DNA from: Bacteroidales bacterium
Lineage (GTDB): Bacteria; Bacteroidota; Bacteroidia; Bacteroidales; UBA932
Length of the DNA: 64,000 bases
Direction: 5' to 3'
Assembly: GCA_024402135.1 (NCBI GenBank)
Contig: JAKSJN010000010.1
Location: 6,074 to 70,073, forward strand
The notes below the pieces were generated by a model, which worked only from the letters and a program-made list of their open reading frames with translations, ran no database searches and was not told the DNA's origin. Positions within the stretch are counted from its first letter, which is position 1, and every line of letters starts with the position of its first letter. Shown in pieces: positions 37,442 through 48,155 of the stretch. The translations under genes were made by a program, and so were the position numbers.

Positions 37442-37477
37442 GATTTGGTTATTAATATGGTTAGTAAATATAGCAGA

Positions 37478-37960
37478 TCAATAATTCGCGGTGTCGCCGT
37501 TCGGGTCGGAGAGACGATAGTCAAGACCGGAAACGATTGGCTGGACCTCACGGGAAGGACCCTCGACCTCGAATCCGCCGGTGCACGAAGAGATAGTTAT
37601 GCGGTCCTCGCCCAGACGAAGGATGCGAAGGAATATCGAACGCTTCACGTAAGTCACGACCTCAGCTTCGGATGTCTCGAGCTTGTATCCGCGGCCTTCC
37701 ATATATCCGCCGATCTCGGACTTGAGCTGGGACACAGGCTTTGCTGTGTGGACCATGCGGGTCAGGTAGCCGAAACGTGGATAGAAAGCCGATACGAATG
37801 CGAACATCGCCGCGATCAGGCCGACTGATTTCCAGCCCTCGCGGAACATCACATTGACGTCGGAGCTGACGAATCCAAGGACAACAAGGATAGCCAGGGT
37901 AAGGCACACGATGACGCTGGTATACACGAAATATTTGACTGCGCGGATGATGTACTTCAT
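37478..37960 (-). CDS. Hypothetical membrane protein
   Basis: Start reassigned to MKYIIRAVKYF; two N-terminal TMs plus a small soluble domain. Confidence 0.7.
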   Translation of the reverse strand: MKYIIRAVKYFVYTSVIVCLTLAILVVLGFVSSDVNVMFREGWKSVGLIAAMFAFVSAFYPRFGYLTRMVHTAKPVSQLKSEIGGYMEGRGYKLETSEAEVVTYVKRSIFLRILRLGEDRITISSCTGGFEVEGPSREVQPIVSGLDYRLSDPNGDTANY

Positions 37961-38085
37961 GATTGGTGTCGTTTTTGTTTGTACAAAGGTATGGAAAACT
38001 TGGTTATTGTAGATTTTTGGCGAACCAAAAAGATGCATAACCGCAGGGAAATTGTATCTTTGTAAGTCTTTAAAAGCAAAAAATC

Positions 38086-38994
38086 ATGAAAGAAGATCCA
38101 ATCGAGCGCCTCGACCGCGAGGCAAGAGAGAAGAAGTCAGGTCTCAGAACTATCATGTACGCGCTTGCGGCAGTCGCTGTGCTGCTCGCAGCTGCCCTTG
38201 CATACATCTGGATCCAGAAGTCAAGTCTGGTCAAGGAACTTAACGTCGAGAAGCAGGATCTCACCGAGCAGATCGTTGCCCTCCAGCAGGACTATGAAAG
38301 CCTCAGCACCGAGTACGACGTGATCAACACTCAGCTCGACTCTTCAAAGGAGGAGGTCGCTCAGCTCGTTGAGCGCATCCAGAAGACCGACGCAACCAAC
38401 CGCGCAAAGATCCGTCAGTACGAGAAGGAGCTCGGAACCCTCCGCAGCATCATGCGCAACTACATCGTACAGATCGATTCACTCAATACCCTGAACAAGC
38501 AGCTCACCGCAGATGCAGCAGCAGCAAGACGCGACGCAGCAGAGAGCAAGAGAGCTAACGCAGCACTTACCCAGCAGGTTGAGAACCTCAGCAGCCAGGT
38601 TGCTGTCGGTTCAGTGATCAAGGCCCGTGGCATCGGCATCGAGGCATACAACAGCACCGGCAAGGTAACCGACCGCAGCAAGAACGTTGTCCGCATGCTT
38701 ACCACCCTCAGCCTTGTCGAGAACGATCTCGCACCTAAGGGACCTGTAAGAGTCTATATCGTGGTAAAGGATCCTGATGGAAACATCCTCACCAACGAGA
38801 ACAGCGCAGGTTTCGAGTGCGCAGGCGAGGCCCGCACCGCATCCGCTTCCCGCGAGGTTGACTACGAAGGCAACGAGGTTACCATGAGCATCTACCTCAA
38901 CGACCTTGCTGACAAGTGCGTCAAGGGTATCTACAAGGTTGAGGCATATACTTCAATGTCATACCTTGGCAGCGCCGAGACCATGCTCAGATAA
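38086..38994 (+). CDS. Membrane-anchored coiled-coil protein (conserved hypothetical)
   Basis: Single TM, long heptad region, beta-rich C-terminal domain; -7 box TATCTTTG about 25 nt upstream. Confidence 0.75.
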   Translation: MKEDPIERLDREAREKKSGLRTIMYALAAVAVLLAAALAYIWIQKSSLVKELNVEKQDLTEQIVALQQDYESLSTEYDVINTQLDSSKEEVAQLVERIQKTDATNRAKIRQYEKELGTLRSIMRNYIVQIDSLNTLNKQLTADAAAARRDAAESKRANAALTQQVENLSSQVAVGSVIKARGIGIEAYNSTGKVTDRSKNVVRMLTTLSLVENDLAPKGPVRVYIVVKDPDGNILTNENSAGFECAGEARTASASREVDYEGNEVTMSIYLNDLADKCVKGIYKVEAYTSMSYLGSAETMLR

Positions 38995-38997
38995 GAC

Positions 38998-40128
38998 GTG
39001 ATCTACGTTCACGTTCCATTCTGCAACAGTTTCTGCACCTATTGCGATTTCTATTCGGAGATCTGCTCCGCAAAAGACTCGCAGCAGGTGCAGAGCCGTT
39101 ATATAGCCTCCCTTCTTGATGAGATCAATGCCAGGAAGGAAGAACTTGCCAGATCCAGGAAAGGCGAGCCGGACACTCTCTATTTCGGAGGCGGTACTCC
39201 TTCGGTCCTTTACCCGGGAGCAATCAGGACCATCATTGACGCCATCAATGAAGCCAGCGGCAACGCCATGCCGTTCGAGGAATGCACCATCGAAGTCAAT
39301 CCCGATGACGTCGTGAAACGCGGTGGCGCTTATGTGAAGGAATTGCTCGAAACAGGGGTCAACAGGGTAAGCATGGGCGTTCAGTCCCTCGACAACGGCA
39401 TACTGAAATGGATGAACCGCCGCCATGACTCGGACGAGGCAAGACAGGCTGTCCAGATTTTGCGTGAGGCGGGAGTCGCCAACATCAGCATAGACCTCAT
39501 CTTCGGCCTGTCGCAGCTGAGTGACGCGGAATGGGACAATACTGTAAGACAGGCGCTGGATCTTCAGCCAGACCATATCTCCGCCTATGCGCTCAGCATC
39601 GAGCCCGGCAGCGCACTGAACAGGATGGTAGAGAATGGCAGCTATATCCCCGCTGACGAAGAATGCTGCGAACGCCAGTACAATAGACTCTGCCAGCTTC
39701 TCAAAGAAGCCGGATTCCACCATTACGAAATATCCAACTTTGCAAAGCCGGGCCGGGAGGCAGTCCACAACTCCGCATATTGGACCAGGGTACCATATGC
39801 CGGACTCGGTCCTGGAGCTCACTCGTTCATCAAGACTGGCGATGTCGAAAAGCGGCTCTGGAACAGCCAGGAGCTCCATTCATGGACCAGCGATGAAGAA
39901 CTGCTCAGCATCGAAGATGCCGCGACCGAGAAAGTGATGCTGGCGCTCAGGACTGACAAAGGCATGGACAGAACGGAACTCGAACAGATCTGCGGCAGGG
40001 ACAGGATAGAAAAAATGCTCGGGGAAGGTCTCCTTGAGCTCCATTCCCCGAGTCATTCTCAATTTATACGGATTCCCGAGAGCCGCTGGTTCATCTCAGA
40101 CGGCATAATCTCGGATCTGTTATCCTAG
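38998..40128 (+). CDS. hemW: Radical SAM heme chaperone HemW (HemN-like), GTG start
   Basis: YVHVPFCNSFCTYCDF, YFGGGTPS, RVSMGVQS, DLIFGL, HYEISNF, HNSAYW. Confidence 0.88.
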   Translation: MIYVHVPFCNSFCTYCDFYSEICSAKDSQQVQSRYIASLLDEINARKEELARSRKGEPDTLYFGGGTPSVLYPGAIRTIIDAINEASGNAMPFEECTIEVNPDDVVKRGGAYVKELLETGVNRVSMGVQSLDNGILKWMNRRHDSDEARQAVQILREAGVANISIDLIFGLSQLSDAEWDNTVRQALDLQPDHISAYALSIEPGSALNRMVENGSYIPADEECCERQYNRLCQLLKEAGFHHYEISNFAKPGREAVHNSAYWTRVPYAGLGPGAHSFIKTGDVEKRLWNSQELHSWTSDEELLSIEDAATEKVMLALRTDKGMDRTELEQICGRDRIEKMLGEGLLELHSPSHSQFIRIPESRWFISDGIISDLLS

Positions 40129-42011
40129 ATTCCGATAGGCTCACACTTCTCCTTGAGCCACTCAGCCACCTCGGCAGGAAGCCTTGGTGAAAGGGTGTCG
40201 TATACTCTCTTGTTATATGCGTTCAGCCACTCGATCTCGTCTCTGTTCATAAGTTCTGGAAGGACTGCCGATGTATCGATATGGCAGAGGGTAAGAACCT
40301 CGAACTTGAGCCATGTGCCGAACTCGCTTGTTCCGTCCTCGACAACGAGCATCTGGCTCTCGTGACGGACACCGTGCATGCCCTCGCGGTAGAGACCTGG
40401 CTCATTGGTAAGGATCATGCCTGGCTGGAATACGATATTGTTGAAGTTCTGGCGGAACTCCTGCGGGCCTTCGTGTACTCCGAGGTAGAAACCTACGCCG
40501 TGTCCGGTACCGTGACCGAAGTTGCGATGGGTCTGCCAGAGCGGATTGCGGGCAAGGATATCAAGGTGCGGGCCGCAGGTTCCGATAGGGAACACAGCCT
40601 TGGCAAGGTTGATATGGCAGCGGAGCACGAGGGTATAGTCCTCCTTTTCGAGTTGGGTGCACTCGCCCATAGGGGTTGTCCGGGTGATGTCGGTGGTTCC
40701 GAAGAGGTAGTGACCGCCTGAATCGTTGAGGTAGAGGCCGTGAGGCTCGATCTCCGGAGCGCCGACCTGTGGGGTTACGTAATGAGGAAGAGCTGCGCCT
40801 GGACCATATGCGGAAATGGTAGAGAAGCTGTCTCCACGGGTTCCGTCACATTCAGCACGGTATGCAGTAAGACGAAGGGAAGCGTCCCATTCTGTGACTG
40901 GCTTGCCGCCGTCTGCGCTGTCCTGGACTGCTGCCTCGAGCCAGTAGAGGAACTTCTCCATCGCTATACCGTCTTCGACGTGAGATGCGCGCATTCCGTC
41001 CATCTCGCTCTGGTTCTTGATCGACTTCATCATCTGGACAGGAGAATCTCCGCGTACAACGGCTCCTGGAGCGGCATTCTTGTCGAATACCTGCTGGAGG
41101 TAGAAGTTCAGGGTTGAAGGATCCACGAAGATCTTCTTGATGCTGCCGTCGGTCATCGACTGTGCGAGTACGTCTGCAACCTCGTCGTAAGCGTAAAGAC
41201 TAACTCCGCCTGCGCAGACTGCCTTGAGGGTCTCCTTGCTCTCGTCGTCAAGCTCGTCATAGCTGTCCTTGATCACGAACCATTTTGCATCCTCTGCGGT
41301 AACAAGAAGGTAAGAGATGGTAACCGGAACGTACTCGATATCGTTTCCGCGGACGTTGAGGGTCCATGCAATCTCGTCGAGTGCGGTGAGCATCATCGCG
41401 TCGCAGCCCTTATCGGCGATAGCCTCGCGGATGCGTGCAAGACGTGTCTCGCGGGTTTCACCGGTATAGCTTGCGCTAAGGTTGAACATCGGGGTCTGCG
41501 GAATGGCAGGACGATCCTCCCAAAGTTCGGACATGAAATCCGGGGCGCTTACGATGCTGAATGTGTCGCCCTCGCCGTCAGCCTGGCGTCCTGTAGCCTT
41601 GAATGCGTCGGCAAGAGTATCGATTGCGCTGACACGCTGGCAGAGTCCATCCACTGCAACCGTGACGCAGCGGCCGCTGCCGTCAGCAGGGAATGCATAT
41701 TTTGAAAGCCACTCCGGGATGAGTACCTGCTCAGGGACGCGGGTCTTGTGGAGCTCCACTCCGGTGCCGGGAAGCTGTATGCCAGCCTGGATGAAGAAAC
41801 GTGTGTCGGTCCAGAGGCCGGCATGGTCGGCTGTCACAACGACGTCGCCGCACTCGCCGGAGAAGCCGGTGAGCCACTCGACCTGCTTCCATCTCTGTCC
41901 TGGGTATTCGCTGCTGTGTGGATCCGAGCCGGTAAGGATGATTGCATCCCATCCGTTCTTGTCCATCAAGGCACGCAGTGCCTCTATTCTCTTTGCGTAT
42001 TTGTTTTCCAT
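40125..42011 (-). CDS. Aminopeptidase P family (M24B, creatinase N-domain type)
   Basis: DPHSSEY, LWTDTRF, DSGGHYLFGTTDITR, HGTGHGVG, VHEGP, NEPGLY. Confidence 0.92.
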   Translation of the reverse strand: MENKYAKRIEALRALMDKNGWDAIILTGSDPHSSEYPGQRWKQVEWLTGFSGECGDVVVTADHAGLWTDTRFFIQAGIQLPGTGVELHKTRVPEQVLIPEWLSKYAFPADGSGRCVTVAVDGLCQRVSAIDTLADAFKATGRQADGEGDTFSIVSAPDFMSELWEDRPAIPQTPMFNLSASYTGETRETRLARIREAIADKGCDAMMLTALDEIAWTLNVRGNDIEYVPVTISYLLVTAEDAKWFVIKDSYDELDDESKETLKAVCAGGVSLYAYDEVADVLAQSMTDGSIKKIFVDPSTLNFYLQQVFDKNAAPGAVVRGDSPVQMMKSIKNQSEMDGMRASHVEDGIAMEKFLYWLEAAVQDSADGGKPVTEWDASLRLTAYRAECDGTRGDSFSTISAYGPGAALPHYVTPQVGAPEIEPHGLYLNDSGGHYLFGTTDITRTTPMGECTQLEKEDYTLVLRCHINLAKAVFPIGTCGPHLDILARNPLWQTHRNFGHGTGHGVGFYLGVHEGPQEFRQNFNNIVFQPGMILTNEPGLYREGMHGVRHESQMLVVEDGTSEFGTWLKFEVLTLCHIDTSAVLPELMNRDEIEWLNAYNKRVYDTLSPRLPAEVAEWLKEKCEPIGI

Positions 42012-42156
42012 GATATGAGGTTATTGTTCAAGTGTCTTCAAATATACTGATGTTTTGTCTTATTGCCAACCGTTGAGGGTACTAATATGGAACGTGAGCC
42101 ACAAGCTTGCCTTTACGGAAGGAAATGTATTCGGCGAGAATTGTTAACTTTGCGCC

Positions 42157-43533
42157 ATGAACGCACTTAACGACTTTCTTGGAGCCATCTCGGGATTTCT
42201 GTGGGGATGGCCGATGATCATCATGCTATTGGGAACGCATCTGTTCCTGACCATAAGATTGCGCTTCCCCCAGCGTCACATCTTCAAGGCAATCAAACTT
42301 TCGGTACGCAAGGATAAGGACGCCCAAGGCGATGTAAGCCAGTTCGGCGCCCTCGTGACCGCACTTGCGGCAACCATTGGAACAGGCAACATCGTCGGTG
42401 TAGGTACAGCCATCGCGCTCGGTGGCCCCGGTGCCGTATTCTGGTGCTGGCTGACCGGAGTCTTCGGTATCGCGACCAAGTACGGCGAGGGACTTCTGGC
42501 CATCAAGTACCGCGTGACTGACGAGGACGGCAGGATGCAGGGCGGCCCTATGTACGCTCTTGAGCGCGGACTTGGCATGAAGTGGCTTGGTGTCCTCTTT
42601 GCCCTTTTTACAGCTGTTGCATCATTCGGTATCGGCAGCACGGTGCAGGCAAACGCAATCAGCACCATGACACATAATGTCTTCGGCATCGACCCTGTCG
42701 TGATCGGAGGTATCATCACCATACTCGCTGCCATGGTCATCGTAGGCGGCGTGAAGAACATCGCAAAGGTCTGCACTGCCCTTGTCCCTCTGATGGCAAT
42801 CCTCTATGTGATCGGCTGTATTGTCATATTGATCATGAATTCAGCCTTCGTGGTCCCTGCCGTCAAGCTGATCGTCAGCTCGGCATTCAATCCTTCTGCC
42901 GTTGGCGGTGGTCTGGCCGGCGGCGGTATCATGATGGCGGCGAGATACGGTATCGCCCGCGGTCTGTTCAGCAACGAGTCGGGTCTCGGTTCAGCTCCTA
43001 TCGTGGCGGCAGCGGCACAGACCAGAAACCCTGTCCGTCAGGCCCTCGTATCCAGCACCGGCACATTCTGGGACACTGTCGTGATCTGCGCAATCACCGG
43101 TATCGTGATCGTCAGCAGCATCCTTGCCTTCTCGGACATCAGCTTCGAGAACGGCGGCGTCCTGACGACCATGGCGTTCAGCAAGATTCCATATATAGGT
43201 TCACCGCTGCTCGCGTTCGGTTCGCTTACCTTTGCATTCAGCACCATACTTGGCTGGAGCTATTACGGTGAGCGTGCTGTCGAGTATATGGCTGCAAAGA
43301 CAAAGATTACAAAGAAGGTCGGAATGAAGGCCTTCATCAACACATACAGGACATTCTTCCTCATAACCGTCTATCTCGGTGCGGTTGTCAGCCTTGACCT
43401 TGTGTGGAATCTGGCGGACATCTTCAACGCCCTTATGGCAATCCCTAACCTCATCGCTCTGCTCCTGCTCAGCGGCGTGATAGTGAAGGAGACCAGAAAG
43501 TACCTGTGGGAAGGCGATATTGACAAGGACTAA
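42157..43533 (+). CDS. Alanine/glycine:cation symporter (AGCS family)
   Basis: ALAATIGTGNIVG, GGPGAVFW, GGPMY, RGLFSNESGLGS, MAIPNLIALL. Confidence 0.95.
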   Translation: MNALNDFLGAISGFLWGWPMIIMLLGTHLFLTIRLRFPQRHIFKAIKLSVRKDKDAQGDVSQFGALVTALAATIGTGNIVGVGTAIALGGPGAVFWCWLTGVFGIATKYGEGLLAIKYRVTDEDGRMQGGPMYALERGLGMKWLGVLFALFTAVASFGIGSTVQANAISTMTHNVFGIDPVVIGGIITILAAMVIVGGVKNIAKVCTALVPLMAILYVIGCIVILIMNSAFVVPAVKLIVSSAFNPSAVGGGLAGGGIMMAARYGIARGLFSNESGLGSAPIVAAAAQTRNPVRQALVSSTGTFWDTVVICAITGIVIVSSILAFSDISFENGGVLTTMAFSKIPYIGSPLLAFGSLTFAFSTILGWSYYGERAVEYMAAKTKITKKVGMKAFINTYRTFFLITVYLGAVVSLDLVWNLADIFNALMAIPNLIALLLLSGVIVKETRKYLWEGDIDKD

Positions 43534-43556
43534 TGAGTAATAATTTAAATACATCT

Positions 43557-45983
43557 ATGAAAAAGATTCTGATCATGGGCGCGTTCCTTCTTGGAGCGGC
43601 GTCCGTTTTCGCGCAGCAGAAACCGAACTACGAGCTCGCATCGCACTTTTCGGCAAAAAAGGTGAACTCGATGGTTTTCAGCACCAAGGTAAACCCTAAT
43701 CCGTTCGAGAAGTCGGACAGGTTCTGGTACGAGTGGCAGAGTACGGAAGGTACCTCATGGTATATCGTAGACCCTGTCAAGAAAACCCAGACCCCGGTAT
43801 TCGACCTCGACAGGCTCGCACGTCAGATCACCGAGATCATCGGCGACCCGTTCGATGCACAGCACCTCCCGCTCCAGGGCATGAAGCTCGTGGACGACAA
43901 GAAGTTCACATTCTCGGTAAAGAGCACCCTGCCGGCTCCGAAGAAGGATGGCAAGGAACCTCGCAAGGGAGAGAAGAAGACCTTCTACTTCGAGTATGAT
44001 ATCGCAAGCGGCACTCTCAGCCAGTGCGAGGAGGAGAAGTCTGAGTTCCCACGCTGGGCAAACATGTCTCCTGACGGCACCATCGGCGTGTTCGCAAAGG
44101 GCGGCGACATCTATGTGATGGACAGCCTCAACCTCCACAAGGCCGCAAAAGACGAGAAGGATTCAACCCTCGTGGAGTACAGGATCACCAGCGACGCAGT
44201 CAAGAACTTCGCCTATACCACCAGCAGCTACTCCGGAGACGAACAGCTTGACACCACCCGCCGCACAGGTATCTACAGCGTGCTCTGGTCTCCTGATTCA
44301 AAGCACTTCACTGCCATGAAGACCGACATGCGCGAGATCAAGGATCTCTGGGTGATTAATTCTGTCAGCCAGCCACGTCCTACCCTCGAGACCTACAAGT
44401 ACCAGATGCCAGGCGAGCCTGGACCAAAGATCTATCTCTACGTATTCGACGTCAATGACATAAAGGCACCGGTTGCAAAGCAGTATCATATCAATGCTTT
44501 CAAGGACCAGGATTTCGAAGTCCAGAGCGCACCATCGGTAAAGGCTGACATGGGCATGAAGTGGCGCAGCCGCAAGTGGCTCGGTGACGAGAAGGGTTTC
44601 TATGCCTTCCGCAAGTCCCGCGACCTCAAGCGTACTGACCTCTGTTACATCGCGCTTGATGCCGACTCGACCAAGACCATCGTAAGCGAGCGCCTTAACA
44701 CCTATGTTGAGGAGCGTAGTACAAAGTTCATCAAGAACAATACACAGTTCATCCACTGGAGCGAGCGCAACGGCTGGGCAAACCTCTATCTCTACAACGC
44801 CGACGGTACTCTCGTACGCAACCTCACCGAGGGCTCATACCATGTCGAGGATGTACTTGCCGTGAACGAGAAGGAAGGCTATGTGGTTTTCTCTGCATGT
44901 GGTGTCAACAAGGGTGAGAATCCTTACCAGATGCATACCTACAGGGTTTCCCTGTCTGGCGGTCCTATCCGTCAGCTTGACATGGACGACATGAATGTCG
45001 ATGCAGTTGTCACCGAGAATGGAAAGTACTATGTTGCCAACTATTCACGTGTAGACTGCGGTCCGAGATCTGCACTCTACGACTGCAACGGAGTAAAGCT
45101 TCTCGACCTTCAGGAGACCGACCTCAGCCTTCTTTACGCTGCCGGATACAAGCTCCCACAGCGCTTCTCAGTCAAGGCTGCAGACGGTATCACCGATCTT
45201 TATGGTGTAATGTACAAGCCATTCGATTTTGACAGCACCAAGACCTATCCTATCATCGAGTATGTATATCCCGGTCCGCAGGTTGAGGCAAACAACATCG
45301 CCTGGAGCAAGAGCATGCTCCGCCTCGAGCGTCTCGCCCAGATCGGCTTCATCGTAATCACTGTCGGCAACCGCGGAGGTCATCCGAACCGCTCGAAGTG
45401 GTACCACAACTATGGCTACGGCAATCTCCGCGACTATGGTCTGGAGGATCAGAAGACCGCAGTGCAGCGCCTCGCCGCACGTTATCCTTTCATCGATGAA
45501 TCAAAGGTCGGTATCCATGGTCATTCAGGCGGTGGCTTCATGTCAACCGCTGCCATCCTGACCTATCCTGATTTCTATACCGCTGCAGTATCATGCGCTG
45601 GAAACCACGACAACAGCATCTATAACCGCTGGTGGAGCGAGCAGCATCATGGTATCCTCGAGGAGATTACCGAGAAGGGTGATACAACCTTCCGTTACAG
45701 CATCGACAAGAACCAGGATCTCGCAAAGAACCTGAAGGGCCATCTCATGCTCGTGCATGGTGACGTCGACAACAATGTACACCCTGGAAACACCATCCGC
45801 GTGGCAAATGCCCTCATCCGTGCCAACAAGCGCTTTGACATGCTCATCCTCCCGGGACAGCGTCACAGCTTCGGCGATATGGACGAGTACTTCTTCTGGC
45901 GACTCGCAGATTACTTCAGCGAGTGGCTCCTTGGAGACAGCGACCGCGACAAGGTCGATATCAAGGAACTCAACAACGACTGA
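43557..45983 (+). CDS. S9 family dipeptidyl peptidase IV-like protein
   Basis: Signal peptide MKKILIMG (an alternative ATG at 43533 overlaps the upstream stop); YVYPGP, GHSGGG nucleophile, DNNVH, QRH. Confidence 0.92.
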   Translation: MKKILIMGAFLLGAASVFAQQKPNYELASHFSAKKVNSMVFSTKVNPNPFEKSDRFWYEWQSTEGTSWYIVDPVKKTQTPVFDLDRLARQITEIIGDPFDAQHLPLQGMKLVDDKKFTFSVKSTLPAPKKDGKEPRKGEKKTFYFEYDIASGTLSQCEEEKSEFPRWANMSPDGTIGVFAKGGDIYVMDSLNLHKAAKDEKDSTLVEYRITSDAVKNFAYTTSSYSGDEQLDTTRRTGIYSVLWSPDSKHFTAMKTDMREIKDLWVINSVSQPRPTLETYKYQMPGEPGPKIYLYVFDVNDIKAPVAKQYHINAFKDQDFEVQSAPSVKADMGMKWRSRKWLGDEKGFYAFRKSRDLKRTDLCYIALDADSTKTIVSERLNTYVEERSTKFIKNNTQFIHWSERNGWANLYLYNADGTLVRNLTEGSYHVEDVLAVNEKEGYVVFSACGVNKGENPYQMHTYRVSLSGGPIRQLDMDDMNVDAVVTENGKYYVANYSRVDCGPRSALYDCNGVKLLDLQETDLSLLYAAGYKLPQRFSVKAADGITDLYGVMYKPFDFDSTKTYPIIEYVYPGPQVEANNIAWSKSMLRLERLAQIGFIVITVGNRGGHPNRSKWYHNYGYGNLRDYGLEDQKTAVQRLAARYPFIDESKVGIHGHSGGGFMSTAAILTYPDFYTAAVSCAGNHDNSIYNRWWSEQHHGILEEITEKGDTTFRYSIDKNQDLAKNLKGHLMLVHGDVDNNVHPGNTIRVANALIRANKRFDMLILPGQRHSFGDMDEYFFWRLADYFSEWLLGDSDRDKVDIKELNND

Positions 45984-46022
45984 AAAAAGGCCGCGAGGGA
46001 TTGAATCTCTCGCGGCTTTTTT
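45983..46022. terminator. Bidirectional terminator
   Basis: gccgcgagggatt/aatctctcgcggc stem flanked by A6/T6. Confidence 0.85.
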
Positions 46023-46030
46023 AGCTATTC

Positions 46031-46684
46031 TTAAACCAGAATTTCTGAAGGTTTTTCGACAAGGCAATCGGCTCCGACTGACTCGAGAAAAGACCGTGTG
46101 CGGAATCCCCACAGGACACTGATACATGGAAGCCCGCTGTTCCTTGCCGTCGCCAGGTCCACGTCACTGTCGCCGATATAGACGGTGTCTTCCTTTGTCC
46201 GTCCCATGCGCCGCAGGGCCTCGTCAACCATGTCCGGGGCAGGTTTGCGACGAAGGTTTGGATTGTCGCCTACGACAGCGCCGAATATGTCTCCGAAGAA
46301 TGTTCTGACTATGTCTTCGGCAGCCTCCTGCATCTTGTTTGTCACGACAGCCATGGCCTTGCCGCGGCATCTGAGTTCATTGATGAGTTCGGGAATGCCT
46401 TCGTATGGCCTGGACAGGTCCATGCTGTGAGCTTTGTAGTATGTCTTGAACTCCAGGAAGACCTTGTCAAAGAAGGCCTGGTCGAATTCTATTTCTCTTC
46501 CGTCGTATATAGCCAGCTCCATCAGCCTCTGGACCCCGTTGCCCACGAAGCCGAGAACTTCCTTCTCGCTGCGGGGCTCCAGGCCGTTGAGGGTGAGGGA
46601 ATGGTTGACTGCAGCAGCAAGGTCGCCGATGGTATCGATCAATGTGCCGTCAAGGTCGAATACATATGTGCTGTAGTCTTTCAC
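46031..46684 (-). CDS. HAD-family phosphatase (Gph-like)
   Basis: FDLDGTLIDT, VVTNK, KPAPD, GDSDVD; GTG start at 46684 preceded by AGGAG overlapping the exuT stop. Confidence 0.88.
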   Translation of the reverse strand: MKDYSTYVFDLDGTLIDTIGDLAAAVNHSLTLNGLEPRSEKEVLGFVGNGVQRLMELAIYDGREIEFDQAFFDKVFLEFKTYYKAHSMDLSRPYEGIPELINELRCRGKAMAVVTNKMQEAAEDIVRTFFGDIFGAVVGDNPNLRRKPAPDMVDEALRRMGRTKEDTVYIGDSDVDLATARNSGLPCISVLWGFRTRSFLESVGADCLVEKPSEILV

Positions 46685-46691
46685 GCTTCTC

Positions 46692-48137
46692 CTAGAGGAC
46701 GATTGGCTTGTACTTAGGTACAAGAGTCTTCATTACAGTCCATCCGACAAGGTAGCAGACTGCGCATATACAGAATACGATGAAGTATGCGGCAGGCTTG
46801 CCCTCGAAGCCCATGAACGAGAACTGGCTGCCAAGATTCTCGGCATATACGAAGAACTTTCCGGAGAGCCAGTTGATGAGGAATGAGCTGATACCGCCCG
46901 CCATGGTTCCGATTCCGACAATGGTAGCGACTGCGCTCTTAGGGAACATGTCACCGATGGTCGAGAAGATGTTGGCTGACCATGCCTGGTGTCCTGCGCC
47001 GACGAGACCGATGATGATTGCCGGCCACCATGCCGAGTAGGCGCCCAGAGGCTGCGCAAGAAGACCTACAAGAGGAATGAGTGCGATAAGGAACATCGCG
47101 CGCATGCGTCCTGAGTAGATCTCCATGCCCTTCTTGTCCACAAAGTAGTTCGGAAGCTTGCACAGGGCGATCGACAGGAATGTCACGATGAAGTAGAGGG
47201 TCATGATGAGCAGCATGCCGGTGCCTGACGATGCCTTGTAGCCATAGACGTCCTGGAAGTAGTTAGGAGCCCAGAAGAGCATGAACCACCATACGCCGTC
47301 GGAGAAGAACTTGCCGGCACAGAAGCTCCAGGTTTGCTTGAATGTGAGGCAGCGGAGGAACGGTACAGACTGCTCTGCGACAGGCTGCTCCTCAGTGGTG
47401 ACGGCCACCTGGTCGTCCTGCTGGATATACGCCAGCTCCTCGGCATTGACATGCTTCGAGTCCTCAGGCTTGTCGTACCACTTTACAAAGAAGCCCATCC
47501 AGATGAAACCGAGGGCACCGATGATGATGAATGCCCACTCCCAGCCCATTGCCTTTGCAAGAGGCGGAATAACGAGCGGAGCGATGAGAGCGCCTACAGA
47601 AGCACCGGAGTTGAAGATTGATGTCGCAAAAGCGCGGTCCTTCTTAGGGAAGTACTCCGCTGTCACCTTGATGGCAGCAGGGAAGTTGCCGCTCTCGCCA
47701 AGTCCGAGAAGTCCTCGGCAGCAGAGGAAGAGCCAGACACCGGTACTTGCGATCGCGGTGGCGGCAGCAGTGCCGTCCTCGACCATGCGCATAGCCTCGA
47801 GGCTCTCATAGCCATGTATCCACTGAGTCGCAACACCGCAGAATGCGTGCAGGCAGGCTGCGGTGCTCCAGAGACCGATGGCGATGAGGTAACCCTTCTT
47901 GGTTCCGATCCAGTCGACGAACTTGCCGACGAACAGTGTACAGAAAGCGTAGAAGAGTGAGAAATAAGAGGTGATGATGCCGTAGTCCGCATCAGTCCAG
48001 TGGAAATCAGGATAGATGAACTCCTTTGCAGTCAGGGACAGCACCTGTCGGTCAAGATAGTTGACAGTCGTTGCCACGAAGAGAAGGCTGCAGATCCACC
48101 ATCTCCAGTTCGTCATCAGTTTTTTCTGTGTGCTCAT
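46692..48137 (-). CDS. exuT: MFS hexuronate transporter (ExuT-like)
   Basis: WRWWICSLLFVATTVNYLDRQVLS, GESGNFPAAIK, EYFPKKDRAFAT, HQAWSAN. Confidence 0.85.
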   Translation of the reverse strand: MSTQKKLMTNWRWWICSLLFVATTVNYLDRQVLSLTAKEFIYPDFHWTDADYGIITSYFSLFYAFCTLFVGKFVDWIGTKKGYLIAIGLWSTAACLHAFCGVATQWIHGYESLEAMRMVEDGTAAATAIASTGVWLFLCCRGLLGLGESGNFPAAIKVTAEYFPKKDRAFATSIFNSGASVGALIAPLVIPPLAKAMGWEWAFIIIGALGFIWMGFFVKWYDKPEDSKHVNAEELAYIQQDDQVAVTTEEQPVAEQSVPFLRCLTFKQTWSFCAGKFFSDGVWWFMLFWAPNYFQDVYGYKASSGTGMLLIMTLYFIVTFLSIALCKLPNYFVDKKGMEIYSGRMRAMFLIALIPLVGLLAQPLGAYSAWWPAIIIGLVGAGHQAWSANIFSTIGDMFPKSAVATIVGIGTMAGGISSFLINWLSGKFFVYAENLGSQFSFMGFEGKPAAYFIVFCICAVCYLVGWTVMKTLVPKYKPIVL

Positions 48138-48155
48138 GTGGTTATGTGGTAATTA

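Noticed and set aside
42012-42156. Glycine riboswitch upstream of the AGCS symporter
   Set aside because: No aptamer motifs were seen, and the -7 box sits directly before the ATG
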